Assembly: GCA_964019335.1 (NCBI GenBank)
Contig: OZ025750.1
Location: 248,001 to 312,000 of the forward strand
DNA length: 64,000 bases
Reading direction: 5' to 3'
DNA from: Diplonema japonicum
Lineage: Eukaryota; Protista; Euglenozoa: Diplonemea
Shown here: one piece after another, positions 21,379 to 35,330 of the stretch
Numbering within the stretch: position 1 is the stretch's first letter
How the letters are laid out: the number at the start of each line of letters is the position of its first letter
Translations under genes and position numbers: made by a program
Notes under the pieces: generated by a model
Told to the model about the DNA's origin: nothing
The model's input: the letters and a program-made list of their open reading frames with translations, nothing else
The model's database searches: none

Positions 21379-21557
21379 ATAGGGAAAATAAAATTACTGA
21401 TTCGGGTATTAAAGTCGACTTTCCCTTTCCCTTGGCGGGGATAACTATCCCTCGGCCAGTGAGCTTGCTCAAAAACCTCGAGATAGTTGAAAATCCCCGC
21501 CCGGGAAATAAAGTTGACTTTATTTCTACCCAAATCAATAGTTATTATCTTTCCTAT
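21379..21557. mobile_element. MITE/foldback-like element with ~65-bp imperfect inverted arms
   Basis: atagggaaaataa..aaagtcgacttt..ggcggggat versus atccccgcc..aaagttgacttt..tttcctat. Confidence 0.6.
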
Positions 21558-21932
21558 CATAGTGAATCTTTTGACTCCTACAGAACTTTAGCTAAAAGCT
21601 GATGACGTGAAGGTTATTCTTTTCAGAATGCCCCCTTCCCCCCCCAGCCGTTTCTTTAGGATGAGTTTTGTTTCATTAAGCACCTTTTCGATTTCTTATA
21701 TTCAGACATGATTAGCGAAGGAACCCAGCTTCTGCCCGAGTAGCTGGCACCTGCGTTGCCATCTCCACACATCCGGGTTCCCTCCTCAGCCCGAAGAAGT
21801 AGCTTCAGTCCACGCACGGTCGCTCGCCTCAGCATCACGCATAATGTCCAAGAGACAGAAGCACTCCTGGTCGTCCAAAGATAATTTGTTCTTTATTGTT
21901 GATCTTAACCCACACCACCCACAGGATACAGC

Positions 21933-24900
21933 ATGATAGCGGGTATTGCGGCAGTGTTCCTGTCGACGTTTGCTGTGCTGAATGAGTTCAGGAGCTTGGG
22001 TCCAGGGGCCTGTTTGGATGACGAAGGCCGGCAGTATGGTGTAGTGCGGTACTCTTCGCTTTTGAGCACGTCGGAGTGTCAGCAGTTGTGCGTTGAGATT
22101 GGCGGGACATGCGTGGGGTACACCTATGACAATTCGGGACAGCTACCTACTTGCGACATCTTCCATCGCCACGGTGGGCAGGACATGGTCACGGCCTATC
22201 CAGGTCCGCACATGGAGGACGGCTACACACACCCAGGTGGGGGTGCAACGAGGTGGCCGAATCAGACCGACACCACGACCGGCGGGCCTTCCTGCATGGG
22301 GCGGCGGTCCCTCCCCTCAGACGCGAAGGCGATGTTCACCCCTGGCTGCTCCATCCTCCTGATGAGCGTGAGGAACGGCGCACAGCTTGGCTTCGGCAGC
22401 CAAGGCCAGATTTCCATCGGTTGGGGGAACCACATTTTTGTGGGAAGCGCCGATCCTTCCACTTCTGACTCCTTCACCCTGTCGATTCGCCCCCCAGAGG
22501 GAAGCCCTTCTTACCTGCAGCTCTGTGGGGCTACCGGGACCTATGTCTCGTCCGTGATTAACGTTCCTTGCACCGCCTTCTACATTGACAAGGTTGCAAG
22601 GGGTGGCAACGGGCAGGTGGCAGGGAGGACCGCAGCCACCACGCAAGAAAGTGGGCAATGGGCGATTTGGACATACTCAGAGGAGGGCAGCAGGGTGTAT
22701 CTCAGCCTCGGAGGAGAGACCCCCGTTGGGAATGTAGGGAGGCACATGGGAGATGTCTTCTCGGACCTGCGGCAGGGCTCTCCGTTTTGTGGGTACAGGG
22801 ACCTCGGTGAGGGGAGCTGCGCAGACGCTGAGGGCAGTTTGGTCCAGCACCTTGTTGTAAGCAACAATGGAGTGGAGGCCACGGAGGAGGTGTGCCTCAA
22901 GCTGTGCAGCACATTGAGCTACTACTGCTCGGGTGTTTCCCACCCCGACACTGACGGCGTGTGCAACCTGATGTTGCAGGACACAATAAACGAGCACGTC
23001 TTCAAGTGGGCACTGACAGATGCTGGGTGGAGCACGAGCAATTTCAGCGGTTCGGTGACTGGGATTCCTGTGGGGGTGGTGCCAAGTTCCGGCAGCCGCT
23101 GTCACTCCGTGTCCACCCCTAACCAGCCTTGGCTCCGCACCGCGTGCACCGGGTACCTGAGGTCCACAACGGGCGACGAGCTACTCCTCTTCTCTGATGT
23201 GGTGTCTGGGGACCCGGAGCTGTCTTGGGGGAAGGGCACCCACAGCGACAGCTATTTCATCCAGCTCTCGGACGGGAGGTTCGTCACCACGTGTGGGGGG
23301 ACGCTGGTTTTCAAAGGCTCGCGCTTCCCGGATGACTGCTTTGAGTGGACCTTTATAGACCACGGTGGGAAGGTGCAGATAGCCAGCTATGACCTTTCTT
23401 CGAAGTGGCTGGTGATGCACTTGGATGGGCTCACTGATCTGGGCACGGCTGAGGCGCAGGCTGTGTCCTACTTTGTTCCTTCCCTCTCCGATTCATGTCT
23501 AAGCTCAGGAGAGGATGCACCTACTCCGGTTCCCACCCCTGTCCCAACACCTCTTCCTACCCCTGTTCCAACTCCCCTCCCAACACCACTTCCAACTCCA
23601 GTACCAACACCACTTCCTACTCCTCTTCCCACCCCTGTTCCAACCCCCCTCCCCACACCACTTCCAACTCCAGTCCCAACACCTCTCCCAACACCAGTTC
23701 CTACTCCTGCTCCAACACCAGCTCCCACTCCTCTTCCAACACCAGCACCTACACCACTTCCAACTCCAGTGCCAACACCACTTCCAACTCCTCTTCCCAC
23801 TCCTGTCCCAACACCTCTTCCTACCCCTGTTCCAACTCCCCTCCCAACACCTGTTCCAACTCCCCTCCCAACACCACTTCCAACTCCTCTTCCCACTCCT
23901 GTCCCAACACCACTTCCTACCCCTGTTCCAACTCCCCTCCCCACACCACTTCCAACTCCAGTCCCAACACCAATTCCGACTCCTCTTCCAACACCAGTTC
24001 CCACTCCTGCTCCAACACCAGCTCCCACTCCGCTTCCAACACCTGCTCCTGTTCCAACACCAGTTCCGACTCCTCTACCAACACCAGCTCCTACTCCGCT
24101 TCCTACACCAGTCCCAACACCAGCTCCTACCCCCGTCCCAACACCTGTTCCAACACCCCCTTCGACACCAGTCCCCACACCTGTTCCAACACCAGCTCCT
24201 ACCCCTGTCCCAACACCTCTTCCCACGCCACTACCGACCCCTGTTCCCACACCTGTCCCAACATCTCTTTCAACACCAGCACCCTCCCCTGTTCCAACGC
24301 CGATCCCGACGCCTGTTCCTACTCCTGTCCCAACACCAGCTCCTACTCCGCTTCCTACTCCTGTTCCTACCCCAGTTCCAACGGCCCTTCCAACACCAGC
24401 ACCTACTCCTCTACTAACACCTGTCCCCACACTTGTTTCAACGCCTGTTCCTACACCTATCCCAACACCTCCTTCGACACCAGTTCCCACTCCTGTTCCA
24501 ACACCAGCACCTACTCCTGTTCCGACACCAGTTCCCACTCCTGATACAACGCCGGTCCCAACGCCTCTTCCAACACCAGTCCCCACCCCTGATGCAACAC
24601 CAGTCCCTACATTCGGTAACGAAAAGTACGTTGTTTTCGAGGAGGCGGCAACAGGGTGGTCGGCAGGCAGTATCCGCGGTGGTGGGGCCTACGTGGTGGT
24701 GCGCAGCAAGCTGGAGGGATTCAAGAAGGTTGACAGCTACAAGACGGTGATGGAGGCACTTGGGCAGTCGAGTGCGACGTCGCACGAGGGGAGGACGCTT
24801 GCCGTGGAGGGGGAGGTGCGGATCTCCACGGACATGGGCCCCGCCTCCTCTCCATTGGGCTTCGCGGTGGCCTTTGGGCGGAACGAATCGTTCGTGGCGG

Positions 24901-26684
24901 TGAGGTGGGTGAACGAGACGGAGCTCGAGCTGAGGGTGGGCGGTGCAGTGGAGTTCCGGGCTGACGTGGATGAGACCATCACGGTTGAGCTGGGGCCTTC
25001 CAGTTTTACTTCTGCTGCGATGTACCAGAAGCTGTGTGTGGAGGTAGCTGACGGGTGCAAACAACGCCTCGTGATCGGTCAGGACGTTCCTCAGCTTGAG
25101 GAAGCGACGGAAGAGGTTCTGGGAACGACGACAAGCACGGTGGCTGTGGCGTCGGTGGCGGTGTCTGGTGCAGCGAACGCCCCCGCCGGGGCAAACACTG
25201 GGACAAAGCTGATCCGTGCCTCCCTCCTGCTGACGGCCATCCAGTGCCCGAAGAGCTCGCCCAAAGACCTCGACAGAACGCTCCACCCCCTCCAGGCCTC
25301 CCTTGGGGGCGGCCCCTACAAGAGCTACTCGGGGGCCGCTGTGTTTAACTCTGTCGTGGTGTCTGGACTACTCTTGGGGTGTTTCCTGTTCTACGTGTGG
25401 CACTACGTGAAGTGGACCAGTCGGCGAGCACAGATGGATTTGAGTGATGTGGTGTCTGGCTCTGGGTCGGAGAACGGTCGGGGAGACAATGGCAAGGGGA
25501 AAGCGGCGACAACGACTTTGTTCAACAACGAGGCTCGCACAACGCTGATGCACAAGTCACGATTCGGGATGCTTCCCCTCCCTGCTGTGTTCCTGTACGG
25601 GGGCATCGTGATGGGGTGCACAACGCTCATCATGTACGAAGAGTCGGCGATGAAGACGATCGGGTGTGTGTGGATCGTTCTGGCGCTGCTCCTCCCCGCT
25701 TATGTGATCCATACGAACAGGCAGCTCGACAAGTACGCGACGTACAGGCAGCGTCGGTGGGGAGGGGAGGAGGAGCGGGTCGGCGGGGGCGGGAAGTGGG
25801 CGGACTTCTGGCTCGGTGTTCACGAGTGGGGCCCGAAGTACTTCAAGGACGAGTGCATCTCGTGGGTGGCCCTGCACAACATGTGCTTCCACCACTACAG
25901 GTCGTCTGCGAGGCACTTCCTTGGGTTCGAGCTTGTGCACGTGACGGTTCTGGCTGTGGTGACGGCGTGGTCTCCGCAGGAGTGGAGCGGGTGCATGGCA
26001 CGTGTGTCTGTGATGGGGGCGATGCCGTGCATTCTTCTGGTGAGCCTGCTGGTGGTGCGCCCTTACTGCAGGATGTACGAGAACGTGGCGGAAGCTGTTG
26101 TGGTCTTTCTAGAGGCATTGATGGTGGGCTTCACCTTCGTTGCGATGAACGAGGCACCCCGTGACCTGAGCCACTGGGCGGTGGCGCGTGCGGAGAACGT
26201 GTCCCAGGGGCTCGTGGTCGCGATCATCTTGAAGCTTGTGATGGATTTCGGTGTTTTCATCGCGAAGTACAAGGAGAAGCTCCCCGTGGCCCTCGGCGGG
26301 AGTGGCGAGACCATGCTGGGGAAGGAGGAGAAGAGACACGCTGCGGAGAAGATGAGGCTGAGGATGGACGAGGAGGTTGCTGTTGCTGTGGCTTCGAATG
26401 GATCACTGGCCCGGTGTACCGCCTCCGTGGGCGAGCTCGACGGGGTCTGGGAGGCAGACGGTGTGAGGTTCAGGTGCACCGACGGTGTCTGCGAAGGAGT
26501 GGGTTGGACCGTGTCCAGGGAGGAGCACAGGACCACACTTCATCATGGTCCGGACTATGTTGCCTTCCTTGATGCTTTCTCCACCAGGGAGGCCCAGTGG
26601 AGCAACGGCACAGTGTGGGTCCGAGCACACCTTCCGGAGCATCCTGGCACTGTATATGGTCTTGCGTCACCTGGGTGTCCTTAG
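21933..26684 (+). CDS. Large surface protein copy 1: signal peptide, Cys-rich PAN/apple-like domains, Pro/Thr mucin-like stalk, multi-TM (DGF-1-like) C-terminus
   Basis: 1583-aa ORF with CQQLC..CVGY and CLKLC..CSGV modules and a (PTP[VLA])n stalk. [16 protein letters not shown] followed by about 7-8 hydrophobic segments resembles kinetoplastid DGF-1-type membrane domains (inference). Confidence 0.85.
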   Translation: MIAGIAAVFLSTFAVLNEFRSLGPGACLDDEGRQYGVVRYSSLLSTSECQQLCVEIGGTCVGYTYDNSGQLPTCDIFHRHGGQDMVTAYPGPHMEDGYTHPGGGATRWPNQTDTTTGGPSCMGRRSLPSDAKAMFTPGCSILLMSVRNGAQLGFGSQGQISIGWGNHIFVGSADPSTSDSFTLSIRPPEGSPSYLQLCGATGTYVSSVINVPCTAFYIDKVARGGNGQVAGRTAATTQESGQWAIWTYSEEGSRVYLSLGGETPVGNVGRHMGDVFSDLRQGSPFCGYRDLGEGSCADAEGSLVQHLVVSNNGVEATEEVCLKLCSTLSYYCSGVSHPDTDGVCNLMLQDTINEHVFKWALTDAGWSTSNFSGSVTGIPVGVVPSSGSRCHSVSTPNQPWLRTACTGYLRSTTGDELLLFSDVVSGDPELSWGKGTHSDSYFIQLSDGRFVTTCGGTLVFKGSRFPDDCFEWTFIDHGGKVQIASYDLSSKWLVMHLDGLTDLGTAEAQAVSYFVPSLSDSCLSSGEDAPTPVPTPVPTPLPTPVPTPLPTPLPTPVPTPLPTPLPTPVPTPLPTPLPTPVPTPLPTPVPTPAPTPAPTPLPTPAPTPLPTPVPTPLPTPLPTPVPTPLPTPVPTPLPTPVPTPLPTPLPTPLPTPVPTPLPTPVPTPLPTPLPTPVPTPIPTPLPTPVPTPAPTPAPTPLPTPAPVPTPVPTPLPTPAPTPLPTPVPTPAPTPVPTPVPTPPSTPVPTPVPTPAPTPVPTPLPTPLPTPVPTPVPTSLSTPAPSPVPTPIPTPVPTPVPTPAPTPLPTPVPTPVPTALPTPAPTPLLTPVPTLVSTPVPTPIPTPPSTPVPTPVPTPAPTPVPTPVPTPDTTPVPTPLPTPVPTPDATPVPTFGNEKYVVFEEAATGWSAGSIRGGGAYVVVRSKLEGFKKVDSYKTVMEALGQSSATSHEGRTLAVEGEVRISTDMGPASSPLGFAVAFGRNESFVAVRWVNETELELRVGGAVEFRADVDETITVELGPSSFTSAAMYQKLCVEVADGCKQRLVIGQDVPQLEEATEEVLGTTTSTVAVASVAVSGAANAPAGANTGTKLIRASLLLTAIQCPKSSPKDLDRTLHPLQASLGGGPYKSYSGAAVFNSVVVSGLLLGCFLFYVWHYVKWTSRRAQMDLSDVVSGSGSENGRGDNGKGKAATTTLFNNEARTTLMHKSRFGMLPLPAVFLYGGIVMGCTTLIMYEESAMKTIGCVWIVLALLLPAYVIHTNRQLDKYATYRQRRWGGEEERVGGGGKWADFWLGVHEWGPKYFKDECISWVALHNMCFHHYRSSARHFLGFELVHVTVLAVVTAWSPQEWSGCMARVSVMGAMPCILLVSLLVVRPYCRMYENVAEAVVVFLEALMVGFTFVAMNEAPRDLSHWAVARAENVSQGLVVAIILKLVMDFGVFIAKYKEKLPVALGGSGETMLGKEEKRHAAEKMRLRMDEEVAVAVASNGSLARCTASVGELDGVWEADGVRFRCTDGVCEGVGWTVSREEHRTTLHHGPDYVAFLDAFSTREAQWSNGTVWVRAHLPEHPGTVYGLASPGCP
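23518..24612 (+). repeat. Coding 12-bp-period degenerate tandem repeat (PTPx stalk), copy 1
   Basis: ccn-acn-ccn-(gt/ct/gc)n units read directly. Confidence 0.95.
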
Positions 26685-27409
26685 GTCTTTTTATATCTCG
26701 CTTATAAAGAAAGTCGGAATTGCAGAACCGGGTTGGAGCTGGACACAGCAGGTGATTAGCCCTTGGCACCTGGAGAGCGGGGTGACAAGAGTAGACAACA
26801 CGGACGAGCTTAAGGAGGGAGCCATATCTATCTTTAATCAGTTTTTTTCAACCATATTTTCCCTCTCTCGAACTTCTTTCGATTCCAAGCGAAAAGATGA
26901 TTCTATCAACTGTGTTGCCAAGGCCTACGATGTTCAAATGTCTGTGACTATTCGCAGACAGAAATTGTAGCCCGCACATGGCGTAGCTTCTATTCTCTTT
27001 TGCTCGAACAAAGAAGACGATTCGGCTTTAACCCCTTGGGGCTAAATCTGACCTTTACACAATCAACAAAAGAAAAGAAGAATACTATATAAGACGAGCT
27101 CGTCGCGGAAAGAAATATCTACACTTTTTCTTTGGGGGTTCAAGGCTTGTTTTGCGTGTTTGAGTAAAAGAAAAAGGGGGTAGCATGCAGGCATATTGAG
27201 ACTTTCAAGAGTTCTTCAGAAAGAATCAAAGCGCCTGTGTACGTTCGTTGTCCTTCGCAACATATGCTGATTTTCGATCGGTGTATGCAGTGCTTAGTCA
27301 ATGATACTCGCAAACATATGCGTCACTTTTAGGTGTTTTCTTTTGTCATCGTCATTTTTTTTTGCTTTTGGGTGACGCGTGTTCTGTAGGCCCAATTGGG
27401 CTATTCTTT

Positions 27410-27940
27410 TATTCGAAGGAGTGGGAGGAATCGTCGCAGAATTCTTGAACCCGCTGCTGCAGTGGTTGACACAGCTACGATGGGTGAAGGAGGACACCAG
27501 CTCTGAAGTGTCAGCGGTGGAATTGGCCATCGACTTCGAATGGACGACAGGCAAGTTATTAGGAGGTCTGCTGGAAGAAAGGGCTCGCAAGATCAAAGCA
27601 CTGATAAGAAAGCTGAACGCGGCATGCAGGGCACGGAAGAAGCCACGCCCCTTCCCAGCGGATGAACAGAAGAGAGCGAAGTCCCTCATCGCAATAGGTG
27701 GGAAGACGGCTATGGGTTTCGCCAGGAGGCCCATCTTCGCCACCCACTCCACGCACGACAAGCTGATGGAACTGAAAGCCGCTTACAAGCGAGACCGCAT
27801 CACACGACTCCGCAAGACGCTTAAGGCCTCGATTGGAACGAAAGCAATGCTCCAGAAGGGGAGTATAAATAGATAGCCCCCCCCAACCCACCCAAGGGCG
27901 GCCCTCCATGAGGGGGTTTGTCCTGCACTTTGAGTTTATT
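27410..27940 (+). mobile_element. 3' fragment of a putative non-LTR retroelement (family A)
   Basis: ORF end WLTQLRW..VELAIDFEWTTG..FPAD..RRPIFA..LQKGSINR*, then gggcggccctccatgagggggtttgtcctgcactttgag and T-rich sequence. Homologous pieces at 14821-15005, 47273-47310, 49300-49415 and 50623-51045. Confidence 0.65.
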
Positions 27941-28284
27941 ATCTTGTCATAAACAAAGCTACCCCCTTTCAATTCACGGCTGGCAAGTGGTTTTAGCTCA
28001 CGTAATCCCCTTCTTACATTGCCTCCAGTGCTTTTCATTTCGAGCGTTGAGGGATTGTTGTACAACTTCCTTTTTCTTTTTCTTTTTAACCTATCTAGTT
28101 TTTTTTATCGATCGCCTGTGATGATGGAACAGATGTATTTTGTTTCTCCACGTGATACGTATTAGATCTTTCTTCCTTCCTTTTTCGAGGTCGCTGACCA
28201 GCTGCTATAATTTCGTTCGATTGGCTTTTTCTTTTTGTTTTTTATCATTGTGTACCTTAACCCACACCACCCACAGGATACAGC

Positions 28285-31200
28285 ATGATAGCGGGTATTG
28301 CGGCAGTGTTCCTGTCGACGTTTGCTGTGCTGAATGAGTTCAGGAGCTTGGGTCCAGGGGCCTGTTTGGATGACGAAGGCCGGCAGTATGGTGTAGTGCG
28401 GTACTCTTCGCTTTTGAGCACGTCGGAGTGTCAGCAGTTGTGCGTTGAGATTGGCGGGACATGCGTGGGGTACACCTATGACAATTCGGGACAGCTACCT
28501 ACTTGCGACATCTTCCATCGCCACGGTGGGCAGGACATGGTCACGGCCTATCCAGGTCCGCACATGGAGGACGGCTACACACACCCAGGTGGGGGTGCAA
28601 CGAGGTGGCCGAATCAGACCGACACCACGACCGGCGGGCCTTCCTGCATGGGGCGGCGGTCCCTCCCCTCAGACGCGAAGGCGATGTTCACCCCTGGCTG
28701 CTCCATCCTCCTGATGAGCGTGAGGAACGGCGCACAGCTTGGCTTCGGCAGCCAAGGCCAGATTTCCATCGGTTGGGGGAACCACATTTTTGTGGGAAGC
28801 GCCGATCCTTCCACTTCTGACTCCTTCACCCTGTCGATTCGCCCCCCAGAGGGAAGCCCTTCTTACCTGCAGCTCTGTGGGGCTACCGGGACCTATGTCT
28901 CGTCCGTGATTAACGTTCCTTGCACCGCCTTCTACATTGACAAGGTTGCAAGGGGTGGCAACGGGCAGGTGGCAGGGAGGACCGCAGCCACCACGCAAGA
29001 AAGTGGGCAATGGGCGATTTGGACATACTCAGAGGAGGGCAGCAGGGTGTATCTCAGCCTCGGAGGAGAGACCCCCGTTGGGAATGTAGGGAGGCACATG
29101 GGAGATGTCTTCTCGGACCTGCGGCAGGGCTCTCCGTTTTGTGGGTACAGGGACCTCGGTGAGGGGAGCTGCGCAGACGCTGAGGGCAGTTTGGTCCAGC
29201 ACCTTGTTGTGAGCAACATCAATGGCGTGGAGGCCACGGAGGAGGTGTGCCTCAAGCTGTGCAGCACATTGAGCTACTACTGCTCGGGTGTTTCGATATC
29301 CCTCCCCAACATGTGCAACCTGATGTTGCAGGACGGGACGGACAGCCTCACATTCGAGGGGGCACTGACAGATGCTGGGTGGAGCACGAACGATAACAGC
29401 GGTTCGGTGACTGGGATTCCTGTGGGGGTGGTGCCAAGTTCCGGCAGCCGCTGTCACTCCGTGTCCACCCCTAACCAGCCTTGGCTCCGCACCGCGTGCA
29501 CCGGGTACCTGAGGTCCACAACGGGCGACGAGCTACTCCTATTCTCTGATGTGGTGTCTGGGGACCCGGAGCTGTCTTGGGGGAAGGGCACCCACAGCGA
29601 CAGCTATTTCATCCAGCTCTCGGACGGGAGGTTCGTCACCACGTGTGGGGGGACGCTGGTTTTCAAAGGCTCGCGCACCCCGGATGACTGCTTTGAGTGG
29701 ACCGTTGTGGACCACGGTGGGAAGGTGCAGATAGCCAGCTATGACCTTTCTTCGAGGTGGCTGGTGATGCACTTGGATGGGTTCACTGATCTGGGCACGG
29801 CTGAGGCGCAGGCTGTGTCCTACTTTGTTCCTTCCCTCTCCGATTCATGTCTGAACCCCGGACCATCCACCCTGGTATCGACTCCTGTCCCCACGCCACT
29901 TACATTGGTTCCTACTCCTCTTCCCGTCGATCTTTGGTTGATGTCAAACCTTCAATCTTTCAAAGAAAGGACTGCCTCTGTTCAGAACGGCTGCCCTGAA
30001 GTTGCGCATTGTAACTGCGATTGGACAAACAACGGGGCAAATTGTAATAACGACGACGCGACTGAGTGCTTCTGCAGGTGCTGCTGCCCTATGAATGGCG
30101 TGTGCGACTGGGAAACTCCTCCTCCCACCCCTCTGCCAACTCCCCTCCCTACACCATTACCGACACCTCTTCCCACCCCTCTCCCCACACCACTTCCAAC
30201 TCCTCTTCCAACACCGATCCCTACACCTCTTCCCACCCCGATCCCAACCCCTCTCCCCACACCACTTCCAACACCTCTTCCAACACCGATTCCAACACCT
30301 CTTCCAACACCTATTCCCACTCCTATCCCAACCCCTGTTCCCACACCACTTCCAACCCCTGTTCCAACACCACTACCAACACCTCTTCCAACACCTCTTC
30401 CAACACCTCTTCCAACACCTCTTCCAACACCGATTCCAACACCGATTCCAACACCTATTCCCACTCCTATCCCAACCCCTGTTCCCACACCACTTCCAAC
30501 CCCTGTTCCAACACCACTACCAACACCTCTTCCAACACCGATTCCAACACCTATTCCCACTCCTATCCCAACCCCTGTTCCAACACCACTTCCAACACCG
30601 ATTCCAACACCTATTCCCACTCCTATCCCAACCCCTGTTCCAACACCTCTTCCAACACCTATTCCCACCCCGATCCCAACCCCTGTACCAACTCCTCTTC
30701 CTACTCCTATTCCTACGCCTCTTCCGACCCCTCTACCTTCACCACTACCAACTCCTCTTCCCGGCCCGGTCCCAACCCCTGTACCAACTCCTCTTCCTAC
30801 TCCTATACCTACCCCTCTACCTACACCTCTTCCGACTCCTCTACCTACTCCTCTTCCCACTCCTGTCCCCACACCACTTCCGACACCAGCACCTACTCCT
30901 GTTCCGACACCAGTTCCCACTCCTGATACAACGCCGGTCCCAACGCCTCTTCCAACACCAATCCCCACCCCTGATGCAACACCAGTCCCTACATTCGGTA
31001 ACGAGAAGTACGTTGTTTTCGAGGAGGCGGCAACAGGGTGGTCGGCAAACAGTATCCGCGGTGGTGGGGCCTACGTGGTGATGCGCAGCAAGCTGGAGGG
31101 ATTCAAGAAGGTTGACAGCTACAAGAAGGTGATGGAGGCACCTGGGCTGTCGAGTGCGACGTCGCACGAGGGGAGGACGCTTGCCGTGGAGGGGGAGGTG

Positions 31201-33066
31201 CGGATCTCCACGGACGTGAGCCCCGCCTCCTCTCCATTGGGCTTCGCGGTGGCCTTTGGGCGGAACGAGTCGTTCTTGACGGTGAGGTGGGTGAACGAGA
31301 CGGAGCTCGAGCTGAGGGTGGGCGGTGCAGTGGAGTTCCGGGCTGACGTGGATGAGACCATCACGGTTGAGCTGGGGCCTTCCAGTTTTACTTCTGCTGC
31401 GATGTACCAGAAGCTGTGTGTGGAGGTAGCTGACGGGTGCAAACAACGCCTCGTGATCGGTCAGGACGTTCCTCAGCTTGAGGAAGCGACGGAAGAGGTT
31501 CTGGGAACGACGACAAGCACGGTGGCTGTGGCGTCGGTGGCGGTGTCTGGTGCAGCGAACGCCCCCGCCGGGGCAAACACTGGGACAAAGCTGATCCGTG
31601 CCTCCCTCCTGCTGACGGCCATCCAGTGCCCGAAGAGCTCGCCCAAAGACCTCGACAGAACGCTCCACCCCCTCCAGGCCTCCCTTGGGGGCGGCCCCTA
31701 CAAGAGCTACTCGGGGGCCGCTGTGTTTAACTCTGTCGTGGTGTCTGGACTACTCTTGGGGTGTTTCCTGTTCTACGTGTGGCACTACGTGAAGTGGACC
31801 AGTCGGCGAGCACAGATGGATTTGAGTGATGTGGTGTCTGGCTCTGGGTCGGAGAACGGTCGGGGAGACAATGGCAAGGGGAAAGCGGCGACAACGACTT
31901 TGTTCAACAACGAGGCTCGCACAACGCTGATGCACAAGTCACGATTCGGGATGCTTCCCCTCCCTGCTGTGTTCCTGTACGGGGGCATCGTGATGGGGTG
32001 CACAACGCTCATCATGTACGAAGAGTCGGCGATGAAGACGATCGGGTGTGTGTGGATCGTTCTGGCGCTGCTCCTCCCCGCTTATGTGATCCATACGAAC
32101 AGGCAGCTCGACAAGTACGCGACGTACAGGCAGCGTCGGTGGGGAGGGGAGGAGGAGCGGGTCGGCGGGGGCGGGAAGTGGGCGGACTTCTGGCTCGGTG
32201 TTCACGAGTGGGGCCCGAAGTACTTCAAGGACGAGTGCATCTCGTGGGTGGCCCTGCACAACATGTGCTTCCACCACTACAGGTCGTCTGCGAGGCACTT
32301 CCTTGGGTTCGAGCTTGTGCACGTGACGGTTCTGGCTGTGGTGACGGCGTGGTCTCCGCAGGAGTGGAGCGGGTGCATGGCACGTGTGTCTGTGATGGGG
32401 GCGATGCCGTGCATTCTTCTGGTGAGCCTGCTGGTGGTGCGCCCTTACTGCAGGATGTACGAGAACGTGGCGGAAGCTGTTGTGGTCTTTCTAGAGGCAT
32501 TGATGGTGGGCTTCACCTTCGTTGCGATGAACGAGGCACCCCGTGACCTGAGCCACTGGGCGGTGGCGCGTGCGGAGAACGTGTCCCAGGGGCTCGTGGT
32601 CGCGATCATCTTGAAGCTTGTGATGGATTTCGGTGTTTTCATCGCGAAGTACAAGGAGAAGCTCCCCGTGGCCCTCGGCGGGAGTGGCGAGACCATGCTG
32701 GGGAAGGAGGAGAAGAGACACGCTGCGGAGAAGATGAGGCTGAGGATGGACGAGGAGGTTGCTGTTGCTGTGGCTTCGAATGGATCACTGGCCCGGTGTA
32801 CCGCCTCCGTGGGCGAGCTCGACGGGGTCTGGGAGGCAGACGGTGTGAGGTTCAGGTGCACCGACGGTGTCTGCGAAGGAGTGGGTTGGACCGTGTCCAG
32901 GGAGGAGCACAGGACCACACTTCATCATGGTCCGGACTATGTTGCCTTCCTTGATGCTTTCTCCACCAGGGAGGCCCAGTGGAGCAACGGCACAGTGTGG
33001 GTCCGAGCACACCTTCCGGAGCATCCTGGCATTGTCTATGATCCTGCACCCCCTGGGTGTCCTTAG
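28285..33066 (+). CDS. Large surface protein copy 2, with an extra Cys-rich module before the stalk
   Basis: Near-identical to copy 1 at both termini. Stalk is (PTP[LIV])n. Unique insert [22 protein letters not shown]. Confidence 0.85.
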   Translation: MIAGIAAVFLSTFAVLNEFRSLGPGACLDDEGRQYGVVRYSSLLSTSECQQLCVEIGGTCVGYTYDNSGQLPTCDIFHRHGGQDMVTAYPGPHMEDGYTHPGGGATRWPNQTDTTTGGPSCMGRRSLPSDAKAMFTPGCSILLMSVRNGAQLGFGSQGQISIGWGNHIFVGSADPSTSDSFTLSIRPPEGSPSYLQLCGATGTYVSSVINVPCTAFYIDKVARGGNGQVAGRTAATTQESGQWAIWTYSEEGSRVYLSLGGETPVGNVGRHMGDVFSDLRQGSPFCGYRDLGEGSCADAEGSLVQHLVVSNINGVEATEEVCLKLCSTLSYYCSGVSISLPNMCNLMLQDGTDSLTFEGALTDAGWSTNDNSGSVTGIPVGVVPSSGSRCHSVSTPNQPWLRTACTGYLRSTTGDELLLFSDVVSGDPELSWGKGTHSDSYFIQLSDGRFVTTCGGTLVFKGSRTPDDCFEWTVVDHGGKVQIASYDLSSRWLVMHLDGFTDLGTAEAQAVSYFVPSLSDSCLNPGPSTLVSTPVPTPLTLVPTPLPVDLWLMSNLQSFKERTASVQNGCPEVAHCNCDWTNNGANCNNDDATECFCRCCCPMNGVCDWETPPPTPLPTPLPTPLPTPLPTPLPTPLPTPLPTPIPTPLPTPIPTPLPTPLPTPLPTPIPTPLPTPIPTPIPTPVPTPLPTPVPTPLPTPLPTPLPTPLPTPLPTPIPTPIPTPIPTPIPTPVPTPLPTPVPTPLPTPLPTPIPTPIPTPIPTPVPTPLPTPIPTPIPTPIPTPVPTPLPTPIPTPIPTPVPTPLPTPIPTPLPTPLPSPLPTPLPGPVPTPVPTPLPTPIPTPLPTPLPTPLPTPLPTPVPTPLPTPAPTPVPTPVPTPDTTPVPTPLPTPIPTPDATPVPTFGNEKYVVFEEAATGWSANSIRGGGAYVVMRSKLEGFKKVDSYKKVMEAPGLSSATSHEGRTLAVEGEVRISTDVSPASSPLGFAVAFGRNESFLTVRWVNETELELRVGGAVEFRADVDETITVELGPSSFTSAAMYQKLCVEVADGCKQRLVIGQDVPQLEEATEEVLGTTTSTVAVASVAVSGAANAPAGANTGTKLIRASLLLTAIQCPKSSPKDLDRTLHPLQASLGGGPYKSYSGAAVFNSVVVSGLLLGCFLFYVWHYVKWTSRRAQMDLSDVVSGSGSENGRGDNGKGKAATTTLFNNEARTTLMHKSRFGMLPLPAVFLYGGIVMGCTTLIMYEESAMKTIGCVWIVLALLLPAYVIHTNRQLDKYATYRQRRWGGEEERVGGGGKWADFWLGVHEWGPKYFKDECISWVALHNMCFHHYRSSARHFLGFELVHVTVLAVVTAWSPQEWSGCMARVSVMGAMPCILLVSLLVVRPYCRMYENVAEAVVVFLEALMVGFTFVAMNEAPRDLSHWAVARAENVSQGLVVAIILKLVMDFGVFIAKYKEKLPVALGGSGETMLGKEEKRHAAEKMRLRMDEEVAVAVASNGSLARCTASVGELDGVWEADGVRFRCTDGVCEGVGWTVSREEHRTTLHHGPDYVAFLDAFSTREAQWSNGTVWVRAHLPEHPGIVYDPAPPGCP
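30115..30993 (+). repeat. Coding 12-bp-period repeat (PTPL/PTPI stalk), copy 2
   Basis: ccaacacctctt and ccaacaccgatt units. Confidence 0.95.
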
Positions 33067-33614
33067 GTCTCTTTTTGTATCCCCTCTGACCACTTTTCCC
33101 TTTAATGAACAAGTAGTTGAGAGGGTCACCTTTATTTTCTTTTTCCGAAAGGACATGGGGTTTTATCGAAACGCACAGGTTGGAGCCCTTGAAGGGTCCC
33201 CCCTTTTTTTTTTCCTGTTTCCTTCGGCTAACCCGGACCTCTGTGAAGTGTTCCTAGGTTCTTTATGTTAGATAGGGCGACCGTGGTGTGCTGTTCCTTT
33301 ATCTAATGCTGGATGAGAACTGTACGGGCGTCTCACAAAGACCTCCTTACACACTTATTTTCTCGATTGTATATTGTATTTTGTTTTTGTGGCAGGCTTT
33401 GTTCGGCTTTAACCTTCTGCACTCCGGAAACCCAACGTTGCACAAGCAAGGATTCGGGGCCTAACTTCCAGTTTTTGACGGGGTGAAAAATGAAAAGAAA
33501 AACAGAAATTCCGATCTATGTTGTTTTCCACTGTCTTTTTTTTTATATTATTTTATTTTATTAGTCACGTGTAACTATTATACCCGCCACTCCCTTCTTT
33601 ATCTCTTTTTTTTA

Positions 33615-33797
33615 CCTTCCATATTCGCTAAGTGACCCGCCCTGTGTCCTAAAGGGGTTACAGGGGGTTATAGGGGGAAAAACGTCGAAAAAGTTGCTCA
33701 AAGGTTCATTGATTTTTTTTTTTTAAAAAGTCCATATGTCGGACATGAAAGAACGGTGAGTTCCAAGGAAGTCGGTCACTTAGCGAATATGGAAAGC
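33615..33797. mobile_element. MITE with perfect 21-bp TIRs, TA-flanked
   Basis: ttccatattcgctaagtgacc (33617) versus ggtcacttagcgaatatggaa (ends 33794). Confidence 0.7.
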
Positions 33798-35330
33798 TAT
33801 TTTTTCCAAGCTTTCTTTACCTCTCCACTTTTACTTTCTACGGGACCACAGGGGACTTGGGAGGCTTCGGCCGAAGCTTCACAAGGGTGGCCGCTGTGTC
33901 ACATACTGACGGCACCACTAAAATCGAGACAGGTTTCTTCTTGACCCTTTTAGTTTCCTTCTGCCTCTTCGCGCGTAGCTTTCTTTCCCACAAGCGAAGA
34001 AAGAAAAGACAAAAGGAAAAGAGAGTAAAAGTCAAAAAAGCACAGTGGGAGGTGGTTATATTTCTATTATTTTCAGGTTTTTTTTGTTCAGTATGGTATG
34101 CCTTGAAGAATATGTTAAACACAAAAAGGTTTGCCAACACCCCTTCACCCCCCCCCCCCCCCCCCCCTCTCTATTCTTTTTTCACAAAATAAGACTGCCA
34201 GCTTTTTTTTTTTACGTTGGCATACAAGCAAAAAAGCAAAAAAGTGTTTTTGTCATCCTCTCCCGCAAAAGAAGTATATTTTCTGTCTTGCTTCTTTGAA
34301 GCTGCTCCCCCATAGTCCTCTACCCCCAGCACATTATCAAAAAAAACTCCAGAATATAATCTTATCCTCAAGCCGACTGCCTACCTATGTTTCTCACTAG
34401 AGGCCTTCCGCCTCTTGTGAACGAAAAGCCGCCACAGGCACTCAAGTAGTTCAGTTTAACTCTGTTTTGTTTCCTTTTTTTTTTTTTTTTTTTTTTTTTT
34501 CGACTGATAAAATCTGTATCAGTCGAATATAAAAATGTTTTAACAAAAACGACAAACGAGAAGAAAAAGAAAAAAAGGGAACTCAGGGTTTTGAGTGAGT
34601 TCTGTTGGGGTGGGGAACGGACACTCATGTTTACTCACTTTTTTTGTTTTGCTTTTTTTTCTTTGCACAAAGATAGAGAAAACAATAATTGTAATTGCTA
34701 TAAAAAGAAAAAAAGAGAAAAAAAAAAAAAGAGTCCTTCCTGCAAAGACTTCTCTTTATAAAGATTTGATCTCTTTTTTTAAAGAAAAGAACCCAGCTTT
34801 TGCACAAACAAAACAACTCTTTTTTTCTCTCTTACTCTTTTCTTTTTTTTTTTTAAAGGATTTTCTGTTACTCCCTGCGGCGCAGCTTAAAGAGAAAAGC
34901 AATTCTTTTTCGGGGAGGTCAGCTTTGCTTCCCAGGCACTTCAGTTATAATGTTTCCCCAAGATGTAAAGCGGAAGCGCTTACGGATCTTGACCCCCCTC
35001 CCTGTACCCTGCCACCTCGTATCACCCTGCACAGCTAATCGGTGTTATTTTCGTCTATTCCCGATCACTTGTGGTCTTTTAGGAAGAAGCTTCTTTTAAA
35101 AAACCAGCTCTCGCACCGACATGTGTTGCTCTCTCCCTCCTTTTCAATTCACGTTCTGGTTAAGTAGTTCCCCAAAGGCCCCACGGCATTCATTCTTTTT
35201 GAAGGGTCCTTCCAAACGAATCGCAATCCTTTTCCTTTTCTTATTTCTTTTTTTTTTTTGAGTCTTACTTTTTTTTCTCTCTTTGTTCTTCGTCATACTG
35301 CAGGCCTTACCATAGGTATAACAAAACAAG

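Noticed and set aside
23468-24586. Long minus-strand GVGT-repeat ORFs (also 29982-30968 and 36926-37633) and alternate-frame Ser/Asn or Gln/His/Leu ORFs
   Set aside because: They are shadows of the stop-free PTPx coding repeat.
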